Translations under genes and position numbers: made by a program
Shown: positions 13,240 to 24,640 of the stretch, one piece after another
Layout of the letters: every line of letters starts with the position of its first letter
How positions within the stretch are numbered: position 1 is the stretch's first letter
Notes under the pieces: model-generated
Databases searched by the model: none
Told to the model about the DNA's origin: nothing
What the model saw: the letters and a program-made list of their open reading frames with translations, nothing else
Assembly: GCA_977017575.1 (NCBI GenBank)
Contig: CDRNVI010000051.1
Location: forward strand, 62,001-126,000
Direction of reading: 5' to 3'
Source: Paramoeba atlantica
Taxonomy: Eukaryota; Protista; Discosea
Length of the DNA stretch: 64,000 nt

Positions 13240-15020
13240 TTAGGAAAACGTAAAATTTCGTATACGAGTAATAATTTACAAATACGCGCTGTAGTTCAAA
13301 AGAAAAACAGTTCACATTGTTTTTCACTTGCACATGATCATACTTTATGGTAAAGCCGATTGAGCGGGAAGCTCTATGACGGAGATCTATGACCGATTGA
13401 AAGACGTTAATTTTTGAAAGACGTGAATGTCTCAAAGAATGCATTGAATATGTAGATTGTAGTACTAAAAAACCGCAAAAAGGGGCCAAAAAGACTGAAA
13501 ACGTGTGAAACAGGTGTGAAGAGCTTGCGAAGGCTGAAAGTTGAAATACAAAAAATATAAAATTTATTGTAGTGCTAATTAAATAGATGTAGTACTAATT
13601 AGTTTTACAATTTCTCAGTCTACTAATACGTGTAGTTTATCAATATGTGGTTTGTACAATACAAGGTAGACGTTAAAATGAATTTATCCAGCACTCATTA
13701 TTGCTGTATTTCTATTTGATGAGTTGCTGGACGACAAACACTTGAGCATGTCCTTGAAAGATTTTAGCGGGGTTTCGCGAGGTTTCACCCGCAGCCCCTC
13801 ATGTATACTGTAGTACCCATACATATTTTACTATGTCCATACATATTGTATTTATGTATACCAAAACTGTTGCTTAAGGATGTTCATAAACTGATTGCTT
13901 AAGTACAACACTATACGTCTGCAACTACTGTATCCCCGCTGTTTATAATAGCCTCGACCCCCCCTTTTTTTTCTTTTTTGGCAAAGGAAGATTTCTTTTA
14001 ATTTTCTTGCACCGTCTTAAATATTATGATATTATTTTCACATGGTTCTTCGAGGGCTATCACACATTCTTCGAGGGGTCGCGCTGGAGATTTTACTTTG
14101 GCAGAGCGCCGGTGCCCACTTAGCGATTGGATATTCCTGGTTCCTCTCTCCCAAATGTAGATCGATTTCTGTGCCAACTTTTAATCGCCCTCCCCCATTT
14201 ATAGGTTCATTTGGGCAAAAGCGAGGCTATTGTAAACGGGGGGTACAGTAAGCATACTATGATATAACTACTCGGATATACTACACTGTACTTCAATGCG
14301 TACGGTATCTGACCACATGGAAGCAAACAACAAAAGTGTGTCAAACATGTGAACAGTTTTTCGCCTATTGTACAATATACGGAAAAATGTAAATTGTTCG
14401 CACGCACAAGTGTTTAAACAATTACAAAGTTTACCATTTTAAAAGGGACAAGAAAGTACACGTTGTTTCCTTGAAATCAGTTATTGGTAGCCGATGGACT
14501 CAATGATACGTCATATGTGTAATACATTAGACTCGTCTTCTTAGTTTGTCCAATTCATCATAAAGATTGACGTTTCATAACTGTATGCCATAAAGGTTTT
14601 ATTGTTACCCCTCACTTTATACAACTTCGGCCTTATAGAATATAATACAAGTGCGGCCTTATACATGTACGTCCTTCCGCTGGTTTCAGGAGTTTTGGAA
14701 GTAAAGGGTTATAAAGGAGGTAAGCTGACATTTCAAAAAATACAATAAGATGTTTCGGAGGAAGTATACCTAAATTGAGCAATAGAATAACAAATTTCTT
14801 TTTTAATTCCAAAAAATATTCCGAAGCATATTTTCTTATGTCCCTAGATATGAAATTCCTGAACATTCGAAAGATTATCCTGAATGGCACCCACCCTAGT
14901 TCTTTTAATATTCACTGGCCAGCTAGGCATCAACACTCGAGTTGTACTGACGTACCGCGCCACGTTTATCGCTTTCCAATGTCACCTTACGGTAAAATAG
15001 CGATCCAAGTTTTATTTCCA

Positions 15021-15154
15021 GTGGGGCTGCGGGTATGATTTCGCGTGATCTCGCTTTGACGTCATCCAACCACCCTCCCGAGCCGGATCCGCTCCAGACA
15101 GAGATCTCGCGTGATCACGCATGATCTCGTCCTGGGCCTCGCCCGCATCCCCTC
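15021..15154. mobile_element. MITE of the GAGGGGCTGCGGG family
   Basis: Ends gtggggctgcgggtatgat / gggcctcgcccgcatcccctc; TCCA repeated on both flanks; inverse of the 28570 copy. Confidence 0.65.
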
Positions 15155-15198
15155 TCCAGTGGAAATTCTAACCGCTTCTTCCCTCGTGGCAATTCGCG

Positions 15199-15450
15199 CT
15201 AAGTATCATCCTTGTAGAACTTAGAAAAATCACACAAATGGTTAAAAACGTGTTCGTCGCCCGCAATAGCACCCCAGATCATTACTCTCGTTGGGTGATG
15301 CGTCCTTGATTTACAAACAATGTCAGTCCCTCTTATCACACATTTACAGCGTTTCATAACTGCCCTGTAGAAAACGCAGTCGTTCGATAAGCCTTCGTAG
15401 AGTACGTTCAACATTTCTAGTCTTCGCACGTCATTCGCGGTTCCCTCCGG
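15199..15450 (-). pseudogene. Tc1/IS630 transposase fragment
   Basis: RVMIWGAIAG motif typical of Tc1 DDE domains. Confidence 0.5.
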
Positions 15451-16181
15451 TTGAATTTGTTCTTCATTGTGGTTTGGTTGTACAACTTGAGTGCTCGGAT
15501 CGATCTAGTGTGGAATTTCTGCTTGTCGATTTTTCAATCAATTCTTCAACCTATACAGATCGTAATTTTGTTGGCGCGAATTTTTCTCATAGGGGATAGA
15601 GCTTTCGTCTTCCCTATTGTACTGTTACAGTTTGGGACCTATACTAGCTTTCTAAGTCGTTGTTTTCACAAGATAGTCCTTCTTGTAGCCGTAGTAAACC
15701 TCCTAAAAAGACCCATCTTTGGCCTCAAAAAAGTAAGTTTCGGACCCAAATGAGTGTTTTTATGTCGGAAGAACGGTGTGGTTGGAGTCGCATTCTCTAT
15801 CCATGTAGAGAAGCTGTACATTCTGTAGGCTTTCATTCCTGCCTACTCGTGCTTTTAAATACGCAAACGTCGGATTCTGTTCTCTGAGAGCAAACTCTCC
15901 TTCATTTTTATCTAAAAATCGGATATTTTTCGTACAAAGACTTCCGGGTTCTTTCTTTTTCCTAGCCAAATGTCTCGCGTTTAGTCTCTTCGTTAAATGC
16001 AGAAATAGGTTTCAACGCGAGGAGCGCAAAAGTCTTAAGCGACTTTTAAGTTTAAAACAACCGCACGTATAAAGGGCTTAAGTCACTGAAGTCAAGTAAC
16101 ATAAATTGATCCCATATGATATTTGTACATTCGGGGTAAAGCACATGACAGTACTTGCCTGAAAACAGAAAGCCAAAAAAA

Positions 16182-16919
16182 TTACTCTACAACAATTTTC
16201 GTATTCTGAATCTTTGCGAACTGTGTCATACTGATGTTTATTGTACCACAAAGTTCCTTATTGCCATTTAACCATAGTTCACGTAGGCTCTGCGGCAATG
16301 AATCCAAAATTACCGCTCCGCGAAACCGATTTTGCTCAAGAAACAAAGATTCCATCTTAAACGGAAGATGTTCCAAATCCAACGTTCCTTCAAATTGGTT
16401 TCCGTTTAAGGCCATCGATCGTAAATTCCTCGGGAGTTGAGTGAGGCAAATATTACCCGAAAACTGATTCTGTATCAAGTACAATTCTTCCATTTCATTC
16501 GGCAGCTTCGTCAGATCTGCCTCACCTAAAAAGCGGTTCCGCGAAAGATTTAGTCGACGAATCGCTTCCGGCAAATGAGTAAGATCTACGGTTTCTGTGA
16601 GTTTGTTATCTGCAATGTCAACGCTTCTGGTCGAGAGCGGCAGATAAGACAGCTGAAGTTGACCACACAACTTTAAAGACGACCAGTACATTTTTTCGAC
16701 TTCTTTCTCTCCATTGCATCTCACCTGACGCCACTTGCAAGCGGGTTGCGCCGTACTCCAGGTGGGGTCTTGATTTTCTACATATTGTATAAGTCGCGCA
16801 AGTTCATATTCTTGTGGCAAGGAAACCCCTCGTACTTTGGAAGGTCGCGTACTCACAGAATTCGTTCGTTGTGTATCGGAAAACTCCGCGATGAACATAA
16901 GATTGGTGTATTCAATCAA
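16182..16919 (-). CDS. LRR family protein, 245 aa
   Basis: TRPSKVRGVSLPQEYEL, ACKWRQVRC cap, regular LRRs. Confidence 0.87.
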   Translation of the reverse strand: MIEYTNLMFIAEFSDTQRTNSVSTRPSKVRGVSLPQEYELARLIQYVENQDPTWSTAQPACKWRQVRCNGEKEVEKMYWSSLKLCGQLQLSYLPLSTRSVDIADNKLTETVDLTHLPEAIRRLNLSRNRFLGEADLTKLPNEMEELYLIQNQFSGNICLTQLPRNLRSMALNGNQFEGTLDLEHLPFKMESLFLEQNRFRGAVILDSLPQSLRELWLNGNKELCGTINISMTQFAKIQNTKIVVE

Positions 16920-17062
16920 CTACAAAATTCGAATAAATCTTGTTTAGGTTAAAAAGGGGGGTACATTTTTTTACAGCATGCTGTGTGTGTATACTGTGTG
17001 TGTGTGGGAAGTACGGGCAAATATGGGCGATTCCCATGTCATAAAAATTCCTTTTCCACTAC

Positions 17063-17914
17063 CTACATTCTCACATACTTTGGAACAATCGAAGACTTCC
17101 CTTCCAAAACGCATGCATTTCCACTGAAGTACAAGGCCATTAGTGTGGGAGGTAATGTATCAAACGAGACTTTGCCCGTAAAGGCGTTATGCGCCAGATC
17201 GAGCGTATGCAATGAAGGTGGAAGACTGCGGAAATCCAACGCACCATTGAGTTTATTGTTAGACAAGCGCAACTTTTGAAGTCTCTTCGGGAGGTAGGCC
17301 AAGTCAACATGACCAGAAAAATGATTTGCATCAAGAAAAAGCAGGACGAGTGTCTCGGGCAACTTCGTCAAGTCCAGATTCCCTGAGAAATCGTTGTACG
17401 ACAAAGAAAGCATTTTTAGTAACGGAGGAAGCAACGTCAAATCAAGCACCCCGGAAAACTTCGTGCCCGATGACCAAATCTCCACTAATGCATGAGGCAG
17501 AGATATGGTGTCAAATGGTCCGAAGAATATGTTATTTTGAATATATAAGTGAGATAATTTGGGAGGAAATAAATGAACGGGAACAGTACCACCAAGGCCA
17601 TTCTGAGAGACACAAAGAGTACACACGGTGTGCGGCAGACTGCCCCAAGTGAGGTTTCCTTTCAATCCTCTAGATTTCCAACTGATGCTTGTGACTTCAT
17701 CGGCGGAATTACAAGTGACACCGGCCCACGTACATGCCTGCGTTTCATTCTTCATATTGATCATCGATTGTGGCTCGAGTCTTGCGATCAATTGCGCCAT
17801 TTGGATATCTTGTGAGAGTACGGCCCCTCGCACCTTGCCGAGTCGTGTTCGCGTGTGGGTTGAATCCGCCGTTGCAAGTCTCAAACAGATGAGGCATTTT
17901 AGATAGAAAGTCAT
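17063..17914 (-). CDS. LRR family protein, 283 aa
   Basis: TRTRLGKVRGAVLSQDIQM, ACTWAGVTC cap, LRRs. Confidence 0.88.
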   Translation of the reverse strand: MTFYLKCLICLRLATADSTHTRTRLGKVRGAVLSQDIQMAQLIARLEPQSMINMKNETQACTWAGVTCNSADEVTSISWKSRGLKGNLTWGSLPHTVCTLCVSQNGLGGTVPVHLFPPKLSHLYIQNNIFFGPFDTISLPHALVEIWSSGTKFSGVLDLTLLPPLLKMLSLSYNDFSGNLDLTKLPETLVLLFLDANHFSGHVDLAYLPKRLQKLRLSNNKLNGALDFRSLPPSLHTLDLAHNAFTGKVSFDTLPPTLMALYFSGNACVLEGKSSIVPKYVRM

Positions 17915-19980
17915 GTAGAGGAATATACAAGAAACATAATCATTTTACATAAAGGAAGGTTTTGTTTATCGTTAACAATTGTTTCGAGCTATCAACAATT
18001 GTTTTGCTAAGAATAATCGAGGGTTAACAATAATCGAACTTTTACTCCGCAATAGCAACATTGTACGAGGTGCAATGAAAGTTCGAATACTGTTAACAAT
18101 GGGAGGTATGTGGGCAGTCACTGAGTGTCGCTGGCAATCGCTGCCAACCGCCGACGGTCACGAGCATTCGCTGAAGTGACTAATGACTCTCCAATGACAC
18201 CTCTTTAGGGTACTACGTAGTTTTGAATTGCCAATCATTGCCATACAGTTTTATCCAAAACTGAGTTATGGGAATTGAAGTACGATGTTGGGTGAAATAC
18301 CATTTACGTGTCCTGTCAACGTTTTGAAAAACTTCTTTGTATTTAGTTTGTCTGGAAAGTACCACCATCCAGTGACTGAAAGTCTATTGCTTCAATGATA
18401 TTGTTCCACATACGTATAGTTAAGCATAGTTTCCACATATGTATAGTTAAGCACATCATGTTCCTTTTTCGGGACGCTAAGAAACCTGACCACGGGGAAC
18501 AAGCTAATTTAAATTTTACACGAAAAAGAAGAAATTCACTCATAGTTAACTATATTCGAATGTTAGCAATAAATGAGCCCCCTTTGCTTCTAGTAATTCT
18601 GAAATCATTGTAAGCGGTACAATATTCTAAAATGAAGCCTAAAAAAAGACGTATATTATATTATATTTTCACCACCCGCTCCTACCCCAGTTAGCGCACC
18701 CCGCGACGGTACCAATCCTGTACCGCCGCTTAAACTATCTGGGCATTGCCCTTCTGGATGGCTACTCCCATAGGCAACATAAGGTGAGAGAGACATCGGG
18801 CCCTGTCGGAAGTGTGTGCTCTGGCCACCGGCGAGTGAAACAGAAGAAGCCATCTACAAGGCTGTACTGGCTTCAACAAAGAGAAATTATACGAAACGAG
18901 TGTCTGTGTTCACACCTCCTGCGCTTACAATCACTGAGGAGGAGCTCGGTGCTAAGATCGAAGAAATCTTGGATCGTGTAACAACGAACTATGGATTCTT
19001 TTTTGCACGGAGGACGTACTGTGTGTGGAATCGAAGTCACGCCAAAGCTCCTAGAGCGTGCACTTCTCCACATCATTGATCGCCGTGGACATCTTTTGCA
19101 AGATGTTCGATCGCGCGCGATCTACTTTGTGGAAGAGGCAGGTCAAGATCTTGGGTCGTTCCTTGAACAAAACCCTTTGTTTGCTCCGCGGCGTTCAAGC
19201 GAAGTTGCTGACTTTGTGGAAAGTCTTTGGCGTTCTGTTTCCGGAAAACGCTCGCGTTGTTGTGCAAACTGGCGTCTCCAGCGGAAAAACACTAACATCC
19301 GTTCACAGGAGGAGCGTTCTGTCGTAGAAGCGCCAGGACGTTCCGAGACTCCATCCGGCACATACTACCGGGCGGAAAGCATTCAAACCTCTGATCGAAT
19401 TGTCTCATCACAAAAGCCCGCAGAGACTGGCTTAAGGAGCATATCCATAACGTGGCGTACGACCCTAAAAAACCGGGTAAGTGCGCCAAGTCATAATGTT
19501 CACGTTTTCTAGATTACCGCACTACCGATATTTCATAAAAAAAGTATGAATCTTGGTTAGAACATAAAAAATTTACACATATTTGCTTTTGATTATCCTT
19601 TGATCCAATACAATCTTAACTCAGATTTTTTCTACGCAATTGTTGAAATATGACGCAAGGAAGTTTGGCCGAGACCGCACTGAGGCCGCACCATACCAAA
19701 CGAGACCGCACTGAGGCCGCACCGATACATCCCACCTTTATGTAGAGAAAGCGTTCGGATCTCTCCGAAACCGCGCGAAACCGCGGCGAAACCGTGCGAA
19801 ACTGTACCGAAACCGCGCGAAACCGTGCTGACACAGCACCCGCAGCCCCTCACTTTTATAATAAAAGTCTCAGTCAAGAATACATTATTCCTGTGTTTAA
19901 GTGAAGGACACCATCGTACACACATTTGAAGTCTCCGTAAGCTTTCGACGAACCGATAGGTAATTCCTGGATTTGCCGAG

Positions 19981-20817
19981 CTACATTTTAACACACTTTG
20001 ACATGGTCAAAGGGCTGACTTCCAAATTTCCTCCATTTGCACTTAAGTCCATGACCGTCATTGTGGGAGGTAAGGCATCAAAACCCACTCTGCCCGTAAA
20101 AGCGTTGCGACTAAGATTGAGTTTATGCATGGAAGGTGGAAGATTGCGGAGATCTATCTCACCATCGAGTTTATTTCGAGACAAGTACAAACTTTCAAGT
20201 TTCATCGGAAGACATGACAAGTTTATATTCCCAACAAATTGATTTCTGTGAAGGAAGAGCTTGACGAGTGTCTCGGGCAACTTCGTCAAATCCAGGTTTC
20301 CTGAGAAATTGTTATACGACAAAGAAAGCACTTTTAATAGAGGAGGAAGCGACGTCAAATCAAGCACCCCGGAAAACTTTGTGCTCGATGACCAAATCTC
20401 CTCCGATGCGTGAGGCAGAGATGTGGCGTCAAATGGTCCGAAGAATGGGTTACTTTGAATATTCAAGAAACATATTTTTGGAGGAAGTACTTGAACGGGA
20501 ACCGCTCCACTAAGCTCATTGTCTCGGACACGAACTGTACACACGGTGTAAGGTAACCCGCCCCACGTGAGATTTCCCGTTAATTGTCTAGCGGACCAAT
20601 TGATGTTTGTGACTTCATCGTCGGAATTGCAAGTGACACCTGTCCACGTACATGCCTGTGTTTCATTCATGGTTATCGCTATCGTGGGGGTCATATGCTC
20701 AATAAATTGTGCCATCTGGATATCCTGTGAGAGCACGGCTTTTCTCACTTTACCCGGACGTGTGCGAGGAGGGGTTGAATCCGCAGGTGTAACGTTTCTA
20801 AGTTTTAGAGATGGCAT
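19981..20817 (-). CDS. LRR family protein, 278 aa
   Basis: Close paralog of 17063-17914, visible at the DNA level. Confidence 0.88.
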   Translation of the reverse strand: MPSLKLRNVTPADSTPPRTRPGKVRKAVLSQDIQMAQFIEHMTPTIAITMNETQACTWTGVTCNSDDEVTNINWSARQLTGNLTWGGLPYTVCTVRVRDNELSGAVPVQVLPPKICFLNIQSNPFFGPFDATSLPHASEEIWSSSTKFSGVLDLTSLPPLLKVLSLSYNNFSGNLDLTKLPETLVKLFLHRNQFVGNINLSCLPMKLESLYLSRNKLDGEIDLRNLPPSMHKLNLSRNAFTGRVGFDALPPTMTVMDLSANGGNLEVSPLTMSKCVKM

Positions 20818-21338
20818 TATTACTCAATAAATAATAGTCTGTTGCTGTTCTTTTTCAAGAAAAATATATTCAAAAAGTGACGAAAATGTTTTACTTGCGC
20901 ATGAATCAAATATAACTCTTACCAGCATTCCATGCATTTCATCTGTTCTAACAAATTCTATACATTAAACTAACAAAGGCTGGTCATCTCCTTTATGAGC
21001 TATAAAATGATTTTATAAAAAATAAAATCCCAAGGGGCGTGCTTGTGAAAGTAATTCAACAAGTGTTTCTTTGGGTCACTAGTCCATACCTTAGTGAGTA
21101 CGGAGTGTACGTACGATTTGCGGAGTAGATGCGAGTACGTACACGAGTACGTACTCGCATGCACTCGCTAAAAATAAATTTTGATGTTGATATTTTTTAC
21201 AAAGGTCCCAAACATTTTTCATTATTTTAGGAATCTCCAAAGCGTTCGGATAATGTTGGATTTACAGAAACGGTATCTTTATCGTATGAGTAGTTTTTCT
21301 ACCTTTCTCGTACTCGTAGTGTACTACTACTACTCGTA

Positions 21339-21339
21339 T

Positions 21340-21437
<98 letters not shown>
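21339..21437. repeat. (TAG)n/(AGT)n microsatellite, ~33 units
   Basis: Uninterrupted tagtagtag run. Confidence 0.97.
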
Positions 21438-21959
21438 ACTTTGAATTGCTTAATTTAGAAGTAATTAAACGTAGTAGTACGTATTGCCCAGTAACATTGA
21501 TATAGCATCGCCTATTGATATATCCTATTGATATAGGACTTGCCACTTTTCTTATCTCATAAGCTTCGGGGGGCACGTTGAGATGCTTGCTCATACGCTC
21601 TTTGAATTTTATGATGTTGTCATGATATGACTCAGATGCATATCCGACAAAACTATCGTACACGTACATCACGCACCCTTGGATGTAAACAAGAATGAAA
21701 TGATATGCGTAGTAGAGGCATGCAAAAATGCCGGCGTTGGTAATACCTTCTCAGGATAATAACAACGCCACGTTTTTTCAGCCTCGGAAATGGAGCTTGC
21801 TTGCCTGAATTGATGCCAGTCTGACCTCTTTCTCTTTCTCTTTTTTTGTTATATTCATCATTTCGAGGCTGAGAAAACGTGGCGTTGCTATTATCCTGAG
21901 AAGGTACTACCAACGCCGGCATTTTCACAGCCTTCGTAGGCACATTGATACCGGGACCA

Positions 21960-22840
21960 AGCCCATGTTGCTAAGATTAACATGAAGGAGGCAGGCATTA
22001 AGTGCCCCTCTCCTCCTGACCAAAAAAGGGAAATTCTTACTTTTCCCAGTATTCCTGGGAAAACAATTAACCCGAGGGATGACCCTCCCAGCACTCCTGA
22101 GGATGACCTGAGGGAATATTTCTTTTTGACCATCATGAAGATGAAATGTTTTTGGCGGAGCTAGGATACGTGAGTTGCAACCACTGTTTTGTTCCATTCA
22201 AGACACCACACAAAGGTTGCCTTGATGAACACCAGGATCGGTTCAACCGCATGCATTCTTGGATTCGTTCAAGAATCGAGCGTTGTTTCGCTCGTTTCGA
22301 AAAATTTCGTTTTTTTCATGGAACGGACCACGATATTACGTGGGTAAAGGATGCCGTTCAGATTGTATCTGTTGCAGTGTATGGTTTGCTTGCATCAGAA
22401 CCCCAATACGACTTTGATAGTGAAATAAATATACACTTGCAAAATATCGATGACTCATCTTTTTGTTGGTGTAGCAAAGGGTGTGGTTTAGTCAAACCGA
22501 TTGATGAAAGGATGGATTGGCTCAAAGAACACATATACGATGTGGGATATGTTCCCAAGAAACCACAGCATGGATCAAAAACTAAATAAAATTAAGTAGC
22601 TAGTCGTTTTCCATGAATTGCGAAATGTAAACTACGTAGTCATATCGTATACATGGCTTATAAATTTTTGTTATTATCGTATATTATGTACACTATGTAT
22701 GTCGCACATTATGATTTCTCCTTCGATCTAACTATTTTTCTCCTTCAATGTCTGCAGCTCCGACTAATTTCGCATGCTTTCAGAGGATTTTTTTTCAACC
22801 CGCGCCGAACCCGCACCGAACCCGCGACCCGCAGCCCCTC
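21960..22840 (+). mobile_element. PIF/Harbinger transposase remnant with right terminus
   Basis: 22146-22589: AELGY...PFK...FNRMHSWIRSRIERCFARF (DDE_Tnp_4-like); ends in subterminal GAACCCGC repeats and CCCGCAGCCCCTC. Confidence 0.75.
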
Positions 22841-23069
22841 ACGTATTTAAGTTGGAAGCTAGAAGCCAAAAGTTGATTTTTCTATTTAAAACATTATAAA
22901 AATTGAAGGTTTTGAAAAATGCGAATTTTGCTTTAATTTAAACTTGTTTTCACAAGATACCCCTTCTTGGAGACGTGACACGCCTCCTAAAACATACGGG
23001 TCCTTAAATATACGGATATACTACTAGTATCAATCCTGAAATACACGGATACTGTACCATTGCCCATTG

Positions 23070-24090
23070 TACAATAACTTTACCTGTAGGGTTATACGAG
23101 CCCCTGACAAAATAATGGCTCGCCGTTACTCACTGTGATTCCTGTTCCCCTAACATCATAGAACAAGTCACTTGGACCGCGATTCAAATCCAATGTGCCT
23201 TCAAGACCAGCGTTGAACTGCGCATGATGATGATATCATATCTTTTAAGATAGAGTTTTTTGAGGATGTAACTAACTTGCGCATATGACGCTGTTAGGTG
23301 CATCCCTTATGCGGACAGTGTCTCTGCATCGCTCCATTGCGGGGAATCACGCTTATGCCATAATAAGAAGCTGGAACGGATAGCAGCTCGGGAGAGTGAC
23401 GCCCGACATTTAGCCCCCAAATCTTCGTCCCCTCCAAACAACCGATTAATATCCGCTGAGGAGGCTACCAGACCACCTCGTGCTCCAATTTCGAATACGA
23501 GGAGGTACGTTTTCGGGTGCACTGTTCGTCGTTCGTGTAATAGGGCGTTATTTCTTTAATCACACAGGTAAGAGATCAAAGTCCGCGTGTCCTGTAAACA
23601 AGTTATCGTTTATGGGAATGCCATAGAGTCTTGATAGAGTACAAAAATTAGGCGTTCCTGTTAATTCATTCCGCCCAACACAGAAATTCCGCAACGACGG
23701 AAGAACTTCGAATGGTAGATGACCGGAAAATTGATTACCCGGGCAAGAAAATCTTCAATGGTCGACGGGATATATTGCCAATTTAACACACCTTTAAATA
23801 TCAATCTGTATAATGTTGGGAGGAAGAGACGAGAGGTCTACACGACCTTGTAGCTTATTCATTGAAAAGTAGATATCAGTCATGGTCCTTGGGAGGTATC
23901 GCATTTCGCGTCCTCCATAAAACTCATTGTAGGAGGCAAAAACATTCGTCATATTCTCGGGGAGGTTTTCCAGTTCTACTTCACCTGATAACGCGTTAAA
24001 CCCAACATTAAGACTTCAAATGGTACGGGGTAAACCGTTGAACGAGAAATTTCCCCGGAGGTTTAAATAACTGCATGCGATCGCATCAAC
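23070..24090 (-). pseudogene. Chimeric LRR pseudogene (deleted duplicate of the 30124/31102 gene pair)
   Basis: 23070-23785 matches 30110-30520 and 23785-24090 matches 31205-31500; the out-of-frame junction gives TAA. Confidence 0.8.
23227..23548 (-). mobile_element. 5'-truncated RLE retrotransposon (same superfamily as elements 1 and 2)
   Basis: LLVFEIGARGG...CRASLSRAAIRSSFLLWHKRDSPQWS aligns to the C-termini of elements 1 and 2; ends in an ATCATCATC tail; interrupts an LRR copy. Confidence 0.8.
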
Positions 24091-24640
24091 ATTTCCGGTC
24101 TGACTGCAGTTACTTTACTAAAAATAAAGAGTACTGTACCCCCCTAGTTATCTGTCGCTGGGGAACAAGGGGACAATGATGGGGATGTTGAAGGGAATGA
24201 TGAAAGGGATGACGGAGAGGAGAACGAGTTCCGACTTCTGTTTTCCAATTTTGGCCGTAGAACTCAACGCAAAACCATTAGCCTATAAGCAGAACAGAAG
24301 AAAAATTGAAGTTTTCAAAATTTTATGAATTTTTCATTTTGTTTAGAAAGGCGACAGACAAGTGGGGGGGGCGACGAAAAAAATATATTCGAAGGGCCGA
24401 AAAGCGATAGATAACTAGGGGGGGTGGGGGGGTGACAGATAAATAGGGGGGTTCAGTAATAAAAGAATGTATTCCTACCCCAATACCTGAATTCACATTC
24501 ATTGACATCACTACATGCATTGCACCTGTTACAACACGCTCTATACACAATCTACATCTGTACCTCCTCCATTTTTACACCACACACCAACCCACCTATG
24601 CAGCACGCGTACAAAGGTCCGTGCCATCTCCTGTCCCCCC

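Noticed and set aside
21262-21672. Poly-Leu membrane protein ORF
   Set aside because: Produced by the (TAG)n microsatellite
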